Positions 55,738 through 63,501 of a stretch of 63,501 nucleotides of DNA are shown piece after piece. Source of the DNA: Candidatus Micrarchaeota archaeon (GTDB lineage: Archaea; Micrarchaeota; Micrarchaeia; Micrarchaeales; CABMGC01); contig DAHVMJ010000004.1 of the NCBI GenBank assembly GCA_027319905.1, positions 1 to 63,501 on the forward strand, given 5' to 3'. Within the stretch, counting starts at the first letter, position 1; each line of letters starts with the position of its first letter. The position numbers and the translations under genes are program-made. Below the pieces are notes generated by a model. It worked only from the letters and a program-made list of their open reading frames with translations, was not told the DNA's origin and did not search any database.

Positions 55738-56660
55738 TCGTCCCCACCTCCGGACGTCTCCTCGCTCTCTATTGATTTCTTTGCGAAGCGGTAGAATATG
55801 TCCTCGAGCGAGACCGGGTTTATCGTGAACCTTGCCTTTTCGCGTATCAGTTTGTCAGAGAGCTCAAATGCTTTCTTCTCGCTGGTCATCAGCTGGTGGC
55901 CTCCCTCAAACTTAGTTGTCTTGTAGCCTCTCAACGACCTGGGCTTTACCTCTTGGGTCACGCGTATGCTGTACTGCTGCCCCGCCTTCTTCCTGAGTTC
56001 GTCTATGGAACCCATCGCCAGCAGTTTGCCCCGGTCTATGATCCCTATGCTGTCGGCGAGCAGCTCTGCTTCCTCCAAATAGTGCGTGGTGAGGAATATG
56101 AGATAATTGCTCTTCAGCCTCTGAAGTAGCCTCCACACTTCAGCACGTGATATGGGATCAAGGCCCGTGGTGGGTTCGTCAAGGAAAATGATCTTTGCCT
56201 CGGAGGCGAGAACAGTGGCGACAAGTACCTTACGCTTCGTGCCACCGGAAAGCTTGTGGCCCAGTACATTCTCAAACTTGCCGATGCCAAGCTTCCCCAA
56301 AGACCGCCTGGCGCGCGTCAGCGCCTCGTGATAGCCGAACCCCCTATAGAGCAGATACGACAACACGGTTTGGCGCGGCGTAAGCCACGGCATTACCCTT
56401 GCCTCCTGGGGCACTATTGCTATCAGTTCCCTTACCCTGCCGGGCTCTTTGACCACGTCGATGCCGTTAATCGTGGCGCTTCCTTTGCTGGGCATAAGCT
56501 CCGTGGCCATTATCCTCATAAGAGTCGTCTTTCCTGCCCCGTTGCGGCCTATCATAGCCACTATGCCCCTGTCGGGAAAGCTGAAACTCATGTTCCTCAG
56601 GGCATACGTCTTCCTGTCGTAGGTCTTCGAGATGCCTTTGCAGACAACGCCTCTCATCAA
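55731..56660 (-). CDS. ABC transporter ATP-binding protein
   Basis: Walker A GRNGAGKTT, signature LSGGTKRK, Walker B IIFLDEPTTGLD. Confidence 0.85.
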   Translation of the reverse strand: MMRGVVCKGISKTYDRKTYALRNMSFSFPDRGIVAMIGRNGAGKTTLMRIMATELMPSKGSATINGIDVVKEPGRVRELIAIVPQEARVMPWLTPRQTVLSYLLYRGFGYHEALTRARRSLGKLGIGKFENVLGHKLSGGTKRKVLVATVLASEAKIIFLDEPTTGLDPISRAEVWRLLQRLKSNYLIFLTTHYLEEAELLADSIGIIDRGKLLAMGSIDELRKKAGQQYSIRVTQEVKPRSLRGYKTTKFEGGHQLMTSEKKAFELSDKLIREKARFTINPVSLEDIFYRFAKKSIESEETSGGGDEW

Positions 56661-56750
56661 ATCAACGGTTTAACGCAAAAGTGTTTCCGAAGAAGGTATT
56701 TATTTATGTTAACAGACCATGGAGGAACCTGCTTCGCAAGGTTTCCCAGG

Positions 56751-56825
56751 CGGGCACGGCGGGATTTGAACCCGCAACCAACAGCTCCGCAAGCTGCCGT
56801 GCTATCCAAGTTACACCACGTGCCC
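56751..56825 (-). tRNA. tRNA-Arg(GCG)
   Basis: Hand fold: GGGCACG/CGTGCCC, D arm GTGT-AACTTGGATA-GCAC, anticodon arm GCAGC-TTGCGGA-GCTGT, T arm GCGGG-TTCAAAT-CCCGC, discriminator G. Confidence 0.85.
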
Positions 56826-56876
56826 TCGGTGCTTTTATATACCTTGCTTTATTAATAAGATTCTACGCTTCTTTGA

Positions 56877-57053
56877 AGTGATAAAATAGGACCACTAGCA
56901 GGCAAAGTATGTGTTTCGTGCGGCAGGCTTACCTCCGCGTACACAGAATTCAAATGCCCTAATTGCGGCAAAAGCGACATAATACGCTGCAAGCAGTGCC
57001 GCGAAACGTACAACAAGTACAAGTGCAAGGAATGCAACTTTGAGGGACCCTGA
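56877..57053 (+). CDS. four-CxxC zinc-ribbon protein (COG2888-like), not in the ORF track
   Basis: Hand translation gives VNKIGPLAGKVCVSCGRLTSAYTEFKCPNCGKSDIIRCKQCRETYNKYKCKECNFEGP. The stop overlaps the aEF-1beta ATG (TGATG). GTG start is provisional. Confidence 0.6.
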   Translation, partial: SDKIGPLAGKVCVSCGRLTSAYTEFKCPNCGKSDIIRCKQCRETYNKYKCKECNFEGP

Positions 57054-57298
57054 TGGGCAACGTAGCGGTCCTTTTCCGAGTCTACGCGCAGGAAGGCAAG
57101 GAAGAGACGGTCAGGAAAGAGATAGTTGACAAACTGAAACCAAAAGGTTCGCAGCTTGAAGATGTCGCCTTCGGCATAAAGACGATAAAGGTACTTTTCA
57201 TGCATGACGACTCCACGGGTAGCTCGGAGATAGAGGAACAGCTAAGAAAGATATCTGGCGTAAAGGAAGTCGAGATTGTGGAAGAGAGCCTTGTATAA
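57053..57298 (+). CDS. translation elongation factor aEF-1 beta
   Basis: 81 aa. MGNVAVLFRV...DVAFGIKTIKVLF...ISGVKEVEIVE matches the aEF-1beta pattern. Confidence 0.75.
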   Translation: MGNVAVLFRVYAQEGKEETVRKEIVDKLKPKGSQLEDVAFGIKTIKVLFMHDDSTGSSEIEEQLRKISGVKEVEIVEESLV

Positions 57299-57354
57299 CA
57301 GCTCTCTGAAAGAGTTATATAGTTTTGAAACTTAGTGTAAACGCTGGGGGTCTG

Positions 57355-59367
57355 ATGATTGATTCTATCGAGCTAAAGAACTGGAAGACGCACAAGGACA
57401 CCAGACTCAAATTCTCCAAGGGCACCAACATACTACTCGGCCAGATGGGTGCGGGCAAGAGCAGCATAATGGATGCTATCTCGTTTGCGCTGTTTGGCAC
57501 CTATCCCGCGATACAGCACAGACGTGTGGCTGTAAACGAGATAATAATGAACAGGCCAGAGCAGCAGGATCACGCACGTGTAAGCGTGGATTTCGGAATG
57601 GACGGCGCTGCATACCGTATCGAGCGCGATCTGGAACTCAACGGTTCTACCAAGGCCAGCATAACCAAGGATGGTGCGTACCTGCAGTCGCAGTCGCAGC
57701 GGGTCAACGAGGAGGTAGAGCGCATACTCAAGGTCGATTACGATCTGTTCTCAAGAGCGATATACTCTGAGCCGAATAGGCTGACCTATTTCTTGGAGCT
57801 TCGGCCCGCAGAGCGCAAGAAACAGATAGATGAGTTGCTCGGCCTTGACAAGTTCGCTACTGCACAGGAGAACGCCACATCGCTGGTAAATAGGATAAAG
57901 GATATTGTATCGGAGAGCGAGAAGGCGATAGCCAACTTTGATGTGAAGAAGCTCAGGGAACAGCACAAGGCGCTGCTCGATGAAGTGGAGAAGATAGCCA
58001 AGGAAAAAGAGGGGTTGTCGAGAGAGCTTGAGCTTCAAGAGAAGAAGAAAGCGAGCCTGAACGAAGAGCTGGAAAAGACAAAGGAGATGTACAACAGAAG
58101 GATATCGCTTGCAAACGAAATCGGTAGGCTGAAAAGCAAGATAGAGGTCATAGAAAAAGAGATCGAAAAGATAAAGAAGAGAGGCATTGCTGACAAGACG
58201 TCTCTGGAGAAAACGGCGTCAGAGAAGAGGAAGGGCCTTGATTCTCTTGTTGCTGAGGAGAAGAAAGCAGAGGAGGCGGAGAAGAAGACCTTCGAGGAGA
58301 TGGCGCGGCTCACTGCCGAAAAAGGCGAGCAACAGAAATGGCTCGCAGAGCTGGAGAAGCACTTCAGCAAGTGCCCTATATGCGAGAGGGAGCTATCGGG
58401 GGAAATAAGGAAAAGGATAGTGGATGAAAAGACCGCCTTGATAACCAAACTTGAGGGACAGATTAAGGAACAGAAGAACGAGAACCTCAAACTAAAGGGG
58501 AAGAGAGAGGAGGCAGCTGATGCCGTCTCAAAGGCGAAAGAGGCGCTGACAAAGCTTGAAATGGAAAAAGAGACCGTAGAAAGGCTCGAGGGCTACGTAG
58601 CCGACAAAGGCAAGTCTGCCAAGATGCTTGAGGAGAAAGAGCAAGAGCTCGGCAAGATAAAGATCGATGAGGGAAGCCTGGACAAGATGCAGAAAGAGTT
58701 CACGCAGATAAATGTCAGGGTAAAGGAGCTTGATACGAAACTCGGAATGAGTGAGAAAGAGGAGAAAGAGAAAAAGGCACAGGCTGAGGAAAAGAAGAAG
58801 GAAATAGAAACAATAGACAAGATGCACGAGGACGTGAAAAGCAAGAAAAATGCCGTTGAAAGTCTTGTGAAGTTCAAGGATGCGTTGGCAGAGACGCAAA
58901 CGGTGCTGCGCACCAGGCTGATCGGCTCGATAAATAATATTATGCAAGAGATCTGGCCTGACCTTTATCCATATGGAGATTACCGCGGCCTATTGCTCGA
59001 ACCCACTGCTGACGACTACGTATTGAAGGTGAAAACTTCACTGGAGGAGAACAACGGTTGGTCAGATGTAGATGCCATTGCGAGCGGAGGTGAGAAGAGC
59101 GTGGCGTGTCTAGCCATGCGTGTGGCCTTTGCGCTTGTCCTGGTTCCGAATCTCAGATGGATAATACTGGACGAGCCGACTCACAACATAGACCAGCAGG
59201 GCCTGGAGAAGTTCGTGAGGGCAATAAATGAGGTTCTGCCCCGGCTTGTGGAGCAGGTCTTCATAATAACGCACGATGAGATGCTCAAGCAGGCGGTCAA
59301 CGCGAAGATATATGTGCTGTCGCGAAACAAAGAAGAGAGCGGAGGCACGATGGTCGAGGCCTACTGA
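57355..59367 (+). CDS. rad50: Rad50-type SMC-like ATPase with zinc hook
   Basis: Walker A GQMGAGKSS, long coiled coil with central CPIC (CxxC hook), signature SGGEKSV, Walker B ILDEPT. Confidence 0.75.
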   Translation: MIDSIELKNWKTHKDTRLKFSKGTNILLGQMGAGKSSIMDAISFALFGTYPAIQHRRVAVNEIIMNRPEQQDHARVSVDFGMDGAAYRIERDLELNGSTKASITKDGAYLQSQSQRVNEEVERILKVDYDLFSRAIYSEPNRLTYFLELRPAERKKQIDELLGLDKFATAQENATSLVNRIKDIVSESEKAIANFDVKKLREQHKALLDEVEKIAKEKEGLSRELELQEKKKASLNEELEKTKEMYNRRISLANEIGRLKSKIEVIEKEIEKIKKRGIADKTSLEKTASEKRKGLDSLVAEEKKAEEAEKKTFEEMARLTAEKGEQQKWLAELEKHFSKCPICERELSGEIRKRIVDEKTALITKLEGQIKEQKNENLKLKGKREEAADAVSKAKEALTKLEMEKETVERLEGYVADKGKSAKMLEEKEQELGKIKIDEGSLDKMQKEFTQINVRVKELDTKLGMSEKEEKEKKAQAEEKKKEIETIDKMHEDVKSKKNAVESLVKFKDALAETQTVLRTRLIGSINNIMQEIWPDLYPYGDYRGLLLEPTADDYVLKVKTSLEENNGWSDVDAIASGGEKSVACLAMRVAFALVLVPNLRWIILDEPTHNIDQQGLEKFVRAINEVLPRLVEQVFIITHDEMLKQAVNAKIYVLSRNKEESGGTMVEAY

Positions 59368-59397
59368 AGCTAAGGCTTTTATTTTTCGTATGCGCTG

Positions 59398-60282
59398 TTG
59401 AGACACATGCGAAGAAGGACGGCAAAGGCACAGTCCGCAATGGAGTACCTCATGACTTACGGGTGGGCGATACTCATCATCGCAGTTGTGCTTGGCGCTC
59501 TCTTCCAGCTTGGCGTCTTCAATGCAGGCGCCTTCGCACCGCGCGCGCCTCCAGGAGCATGCCAAGTCTTCAGACCCAACGGGCCCAACACGGCGTCGCT
59601 GGTAAACCTCGAGGGCGTGTGTAGCGGAGAGCTACCACAGTATGTCGGAGTTTTCAACGGACAAACAGGCTACATCAATGCTGGCAATCAACCAGTATTG
59701 CAAGTCCAGTACCTGGCTGCTTCTGCTTGGGTCAACACAAATAGCATAGCAAACTGGCCAGATGTTGTGGACCAGTATAATAGCTGTTTGACAGGGTGGG
59801 CCTTAAGAGTATCTAACGCCGGTAGCGGCTACCCAGAATATGTTGTAAATATAGGCAACTCTGAATACGGGATTGATTCTAACTTAAAAATACCTCTAAA
59901 TAGTTGGGTAAACCTTGTAGAAACTTGGAATGGTGTAGCTGTAACTGGATATATGAATGGACAGCTTGTCGCTGGACCGGCGAATCCGACATTTTCCGGG
60001 TCGATATCATCAACGCAATCAGTACTCATAGGAGAAGGATGCGGTGGATATTTGTCTGGTTCAATAGCCAACGTCCAGATCTACAACACCTCGCTCACTA
60101 GCCCAGAAGTCAATGCGCTGTACGCTGAGGGTATTGGAGGCGCGCCTATCAAACTCTCAAACCTCGTGAGCTGGTGGCCTCTCAACGGGAACGCGAACGA
60201 CTACAGCGGAAACAACAACAACGGAGTCCCGAGCGCGGTGACGTACACGAACCAGTGGAGTTCAGGGTATACTGCACCGTGA
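59398..60282 (+). CDS. class-III signal peptide protein with LamG-like domain (paralog B)
   Basis: AKAQSAMEYLMTYGWAILIIAVVLGALFQLGVF ... GSIANVQIYNTSLTSPEVNALY ... WWPLNGNANDYSGNNNNG. Its N- and C-terminal segments are colinear with 28027-29007 at the nucleotide level. Confidence 0.6.
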   Translation: MRHMRRRTAKAQSAMEYLMTYGWAILIIAVVLGALFQLGVFNAGAFAPRAPPGACQVFRPNGPNTASLVNLEGVCSGELPQYVGVFNGQTGYINAGNQPVLQVQYLAASAWVNTNSIANWPDVVDQYNSCLTGWALRVSNAGSGYPEYVVNIGNSEYGIDSNLKIPLNSWVNLVETWNGVAVTGYMNGQLVAGPANPTFSGSISSTQSVLIGEGCGGYLSGSIANVQIYNTSLTSPEVNALYAEGIGGAPIKLSNLVSWWPLNGNANDYSGNNNNGVPSAVTYTNQWSSGYTAP

Positions 60283-60292
60283 TTACTAAGTA

Positions 60293-61345
60293 CTATAGCA
60301 TTCCCAATCCTAAGCCGCTTTCCTCCTTGGGCTCCCTGCCGAGCACGGACGTGCCACTAACTCCTGTGAATATGCCTATTATCTCAGCCTTGCCCATGTA
60401 GTCGGGGTCGAGCCTTGCACCCCAGGTCACGTTGGCGTTTGTGGCTACGCTATCCGTAAGCTTGGTCGCTATCTCGTTGGCTTCGCCAAGCGTGAGGTCG
60501 GGGCCGCCGATTATGTGGAGCAGCACCCCACTCGCCTTAGAATAGTCAACATCCAGCAGCTTGTTCTTGAGCGTCGATTTTACCGCGTCATCGACCTTGT
60601 TGGACCCTTGGCCCATGCCGACGCTTATCATCGCCAGACCTCCCGCGGCCATTATTGTGCGTACGTCAGCAAAGTCTAGGTTAATCAGGCTCGGCTGGGT
60701 TATCGTTTCTGTTATTCCGCGAACAGCTTTTGCAGTTATCTCATCGGCAGTCATGAAGGTCTTTTCTATGGGCAGGTTGGGATACAAAGTTACAAGTTTC
60801 TGGTTGTCTATTACAACGACTGTGTCAAGGTTCTGCCTTAGCTTCTCTATTCCCTTCCTCGCGGTTTCCAGCCTCACCCTCTCGAGGGAGAACGGCAAGG
60901 TGACTATGCCTATAACTATAGCCCCGGCCTCCTTGGCGACCCTTGCGACAACAGGCATGGCCCCAGTGCCCGTGCCTCCACCCATTCCCGCTGTTATGAA
61001 AACAAGGTTTGTATCCTTGAGCAGAAACTCTATCTCGTTCCTCGATAACTCTGCCGATTTCTCTCCTATATCAGGAAACCCTCCGGCGCCGAGCCCGTGG
61101 GTCAGTTCCTTCCCCAGAATCAGTTTTGTTATGCTTGGATTCAGCATGCCGAGGTGCTTTGCGTCGGTATTGAAGGCGAAAAGGCCCGCGCCTTTTATGT
61201 CCATGAGGCTGAGTCTCTGAACCGTATTGTTTCCGCCGCCTCCCACTCCGACCACAGCTATCTTCGGTTTGAAGTACTCGAACTCTTGAGGGATTGTGCC
61301 TTGTGTTGGTTCTACCGGGTCGCCACCGTACATTTTACCACGCAT
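60293..61345 (-). CDS. ftsZ: cell division GTPase FtsZ
   Basis: VGVGGGGNN and GGTGTG tubulin signature. Start at 61345 or 61333; further upstream would overlap the preceding gene. Confidence 0.9.
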   Translation of the reverse strand: MRGKMYGGDPVEPTQGTIPQEFEYFKPKIAVVGVGGGGNNTVQRLSLMDIKGAGLFAFNTDAKHLGMLNPSITKLILGKELTHGLGAGGFPDIGEKSAELSRNEIEFLLKDTNLVFITAGMGGGTGTGAMPVVARVAKEAGAIVIGIVTLPFSLERVRLETARKGIEKLRQNLDTVVVIDNQKLVTLYPNLPIEKTFMTADEITAKAVRGITETITQPSLINLDFADVRTIMAAGGLAMISVGMGQGSNKVDDAVKSTLKNKLLDVDYSKASGVLLHIIGGPDLTLGEANEIATKLTDSVATNANVTWGARLDPDYMGKAEIIGIFTGVSGTSVLGREPKEESGLGLGML

Positions 61346-61379
61346 TATACTCGATGGCAAAGATAAAAATACTTTCTTG

Positions 61380-62201
61380 CTAGGAAGAGAGCAGTTCATC
61401 ACTGTCGTTTTCCGGGAGTTCGTACCACCTTGCCCTCTCGCCAAGTTTTGCCCTGAGCTTCCAACCCGTGCTCTTCGGGTATTCATTCATCATTGACACG
61501 AGCTTCTGGGCTCTCGGCACGATTACGTTCTCGCTGTCAGAACCCGTCGCGCGAGCGTGATCTATCATCTCATTGATACTCTTGGCGAACGTAGTATACA
61601 GCCCCCAGTCCTTTGAGCACAGCGCGGCGATTTCATCGCCACGTATGCAGCCCAAACCTCCTTTCTCCACATCGAAGTCGTGGAAGCCCAGCATCAGGTC
61701 CTTGTATTCCTTCTCCGTCTTCTGCACTACCTGCAGCTTCGTCATCATGAGTTGGGTTATGGGAAGCGTGTACGTGTCTGCGAGTATGCTTGGCCTGAAG
61801 TCGAATTTGTGGCACATTGCAAACTCGTTTAGGAAAATGTCTATCCTGAACTTGTCTGCAGTGTTATAGTAGATGAGCCTTTGGCCCATATTGAGTTTGT
61901 TGAACATTTCGCGCGGCTTGTAACCCAGCGACTCCATTGCTTTCTGAATATTTTTGGTTTCTTCGCGTCTTCCTATGAGGTCTATGTCCTTGTTCTCTCT
62001 GTAGAAACGCGGATCGCGGCAGCTCGGGCACAGTCTCTTGAACGCCAGGCCGCCAACAGCCCTTAGCCGGGCTCCATGTAGCTCTGCTGCTTCTATTATG
62101 GCGGGCGCGGCGTCTTCTATCACCGCCTGATTTACAGAAACCCGGACTCCTTGTGCTGCAGCAACGGGCCTGAGAACCCTAAGATCTGCTTGTGGCAAGG
62201 C
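61380..62201 (-). CDS. nucleotidyltransferase-fold (pol-beta superfamily) protein, start uncertain
   Basis: GGLAFKRLC...x...DIDLIG fits the GG-x(n)-DxD minimal NTase pattern. The first in-frame ATGs (62369, 62324) collide with the PolX start, so TTG 62201 or GTG 62123 is more plausible. Confidence 0.4.
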   Translation of the reverse strand, partial: ALPQADLRVLRPVAAAQGVRVSVNQAVIEDAAPAIIEAAELHGARLRAVGGLAFKRLCPSCRDPRFYRENKDIDLIGRREETKNIQKAMESLGYKPREMFNKLNMGQRLIYYNTADKFRIDIFLNEFAMCHKFDFRPSILADTYTLPITQLMMTKLQVVQKTEKEYKDLMLGFHDFDVEKGGLGCIRGDEIAALCSKDWGLYTTFAKSINEMIDHARATGSDSENVIVPRAQKLVSMMNEYPKSTGWKLRAKLGERARWYELPENDSDELLSS

Positions 62202-62293
62202 GCCTAGGGAAGATGCGTGATCTTGGCCTCTGATTCTCGTTTGTTCGCTTATCCCATCCCCAAAACTGAAGAAGGTTGTTGAGTTGTTAAATC

Positions 62294-62300
62294 TTTTAAA
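62294..62300 (+). promoter_or_regulatory. TATA-like box ttttaaa about 26 nt upstream of the PolX ATG (leaderless arrangement)
   Basis: Position and A/T composition only. Confidence 0.35.
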
Positions 62301-62322
62301 GTCTCGTTGCGCAAATTGATAC

Positions 62323-63501
62323 ATGATTAACTCGAAGCTTGCCGAAATGCTTGAGGAAATAGCAGACATGCTCGAGCTCGAGGGAGAGAAGTACAGCAGG
62401 TTTGAGGTGCTCGCCTACAGGAAAGCCGCGGTAACTATAAGCGGCCTCCAGGAGGACGCTGAGGAGATTTACAAGAAGGGCGGCGTAGATGCGCTGATGG
62501 AGCTGCCCGGCATAGGCAAATCCATGGCGGGTCACATAGAGGAGTACATAAAGACAGGCAGGATAGGCAAGTATGAGAAGCTGAAGAAGAAGTACCCGCT
62601 CGACATAGCGAACCTTACGAAAATCCAGGGAATGGGAGCAAAAAAGGCTTTCAAGCTCTACAAGGAACTGGGGGTGAAGAATGTCGATGATCTCAAGAAG
62701 GCGCTCGCGCGGCACAAGATAAAAGACCTGGAGGGATTTGGAGAGCAGAGCGAGGCACAGATGCAGAAAGGCATGGAGTTCCTTGAGAGTGGCGGAGGAA
62801 GGATGCTGCTTGGTTCCGCGCTTCCGGAAGCAGAAGCAGTAAGAGACAAGCTGCTGAAATCTGGGCTTGTAGAGAAGGCGATAATTGGCGGATCCACCAG
62901 AAGGATGAAGGAAACTGTCGGCGACCTCGACATACTTCTGATCTCAAGCAAGGGCCAGAAGGTTATGGATTTTATCACCTCAATGCAGGAGGTTGAGAGC
63001 GTTATCGCGAAAGGCCCAACGAAAACATCGGTCAGGCTTAAGATAGGGCTTAACTGCGATTTCAGGCTCGTAGAGAAGACCAGCTTCGGGGCTGCGCTGC
63101 AGTATTTCACGGGCAACAAGGACCACAATGTCAAGCTCAGGGAGATAGCGATAAAGAAGAAACTCAAGCTCAACGAGTACGGGCTTTTCGATAAGAAGAA
63201 CAAGAACCTCGCCGCTGGGGAAGACGAGGAAGAGGTATACAAGACACTCGGCCTTGATTGGATGGAGCCGGAAATGAGGGAAAACAGAGGCGAGATCGAC
63301 CTCGCTCTGCAGCACATGCTGCCCAAGCTGGTGAAACTTGAAGACATGAAAGGTGACCTGCATGTGCACAGCAAGCATAGCGGCGACAGCTCCAACAGCT
63401 TTGATGAGATCGCCGTGGAGATGAAGCGCCTTGGAAGGAACTACGCGGGTATAACAGACCACTCGAAGAGCGAGTACATGAACAGAGGGCTGGATGACAG
63501 G
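62323..63501 (+). CDS. family X DNA polymerase (PolX) with start of PHP domain, 3'-truncated by the window edge
   Basis: Hand translation is open for 393 codons to the window end. It reads MINSKLAEMLEEIADMLELEGEKYSRFEVLAYRKAA, HhH LPGIGKSMAGHI, GGSTRRMKETVGDLDILL (catalytic Asp pair), ALQYFTGNKDHN and PHP GDLHVHSKHSGDS. It is absent from the ORF track because there is no stop in the window. Confidence 0.85.
   Translation, partial: MINSKLAEMLEEIADMLELEGEKYSRFEVLAYRKAAVTISGLQEDAEEIYKKGGVDALMELPGIGKSMAGHIEEYIKTGRIGKYEKLKKKYPLDIANLTKIQGMGAKKAFKLYKELGVKNVDDLKKALARHKIKDLEGFGEQSEAQMQKGMEFLESGGGRMLLGSALPEAEAVRDKLLKSGLVEKAIIGGSTRRMKETVGDLDILLISSKGQKVMDFITSMQEVESVIAKGPTKTSVRLKIGLNCDFRLVEKTSFGAALQYFTGNKDHNVKLREIAIKKKLKLNEYGLFDKKNKNLAAGEDEEEVYKTLGLDWMEPEMRENRGEIDLALQHMLPKLVKLEDMKGDLHVHSKHSGDSSNSFDEIAVEMKRLGRNYAGITDHSKSEYMNRGLDDR

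Noticed and set aside
56852-57205. 117-aa minus-strand ORF
   Set aside because: It is antisense to the zinc-ribbon/aEF-1beta gene pair, which has much better support.
62658-63462. Minus-strand ORFs 62296-62715, 62658-63395 and 62980-63462
   Set aside because: They are Ser/Leu-rich shadow ORFs antisense to the clear PolX coding frame on the plus strand.
1-63501. Search for CRISPR arrays, rRNA genes, 5S/SRP/RNase P RNAs and transposase-type IS elements
   Set aside because: No regularly spaced direct repeats, no rRNA-like conserved blocks in the longer intergenic regions (606-860, 1380-1606, 8874-9066, 17638-17835, 19091-19304), and no transposase motifs were seen. Covariance-model scans would be needed to rule out small ncRNAs.

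Overview
The window is archaeal. It encodes EF-1alpha, aEF-1beta, r-proteins L19e/L32e/S4e/P0/P1, RNase P protein Rpp29, Spt5, deoxyhypusine synthase, isopentenyl phosphate kinase, FtsZ, Rad50 and ScpA/ScpB. Sampled 60-nt lines of the backbone are about 50% GC. Several traits fit a small-genome DPANN/Micrarchaeota-like archaeon, but this is inference only. These traits are class-III (type IV pilin-like) signal peptides of the form KAQSAMEYLMTYGWAILII, a bacterial-type MetK, a type-1 IDI, broken ribosomal-protein clusters and intron-containing tRNAs. Most of the window is housekeeping. It holds two r-protein blocks, a mevalonate/isoprenoid cluster, five tRNAs (Ser, Val, Thr, Leu, Arg), cell-division and chromosome genes, and many secreted or membrane proteins. 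The main finding is a ~3.5-kb integrated element at 37335-40875 in the 3' end of tRNA-Val(CAC). It is bounded by an 18-bp perfect direct repeat. Its tyrosine-recombinase gene appears to be split by its own att site, as in SSV-type integration. The element carries a strongly AT-rich three-gene operon with two ATGA start/stop overlaps and no function I can recognise, which is the best candidate for an undescribed system. A second, decayed copy of the integrase-proximal sequence lies at 54716-54898. It sits beside a degenerate tRNA-Arg fragment, 1.8 kb from the real tRNA-Arg(GCG), which suggests an older integration at that locus. Three features are missing from or masked in the ORF track. These are a PolX polymerase gene running off the right edge, a 58-aa four-CxxC zinc-ribbon gene upstream of aEF-1beta, and tRNA-Leu(UAA) with a 17-nt D-loop insertion hidden under an over-extended ORF. 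I saw no rRNA genes and no CRISPR arrays.
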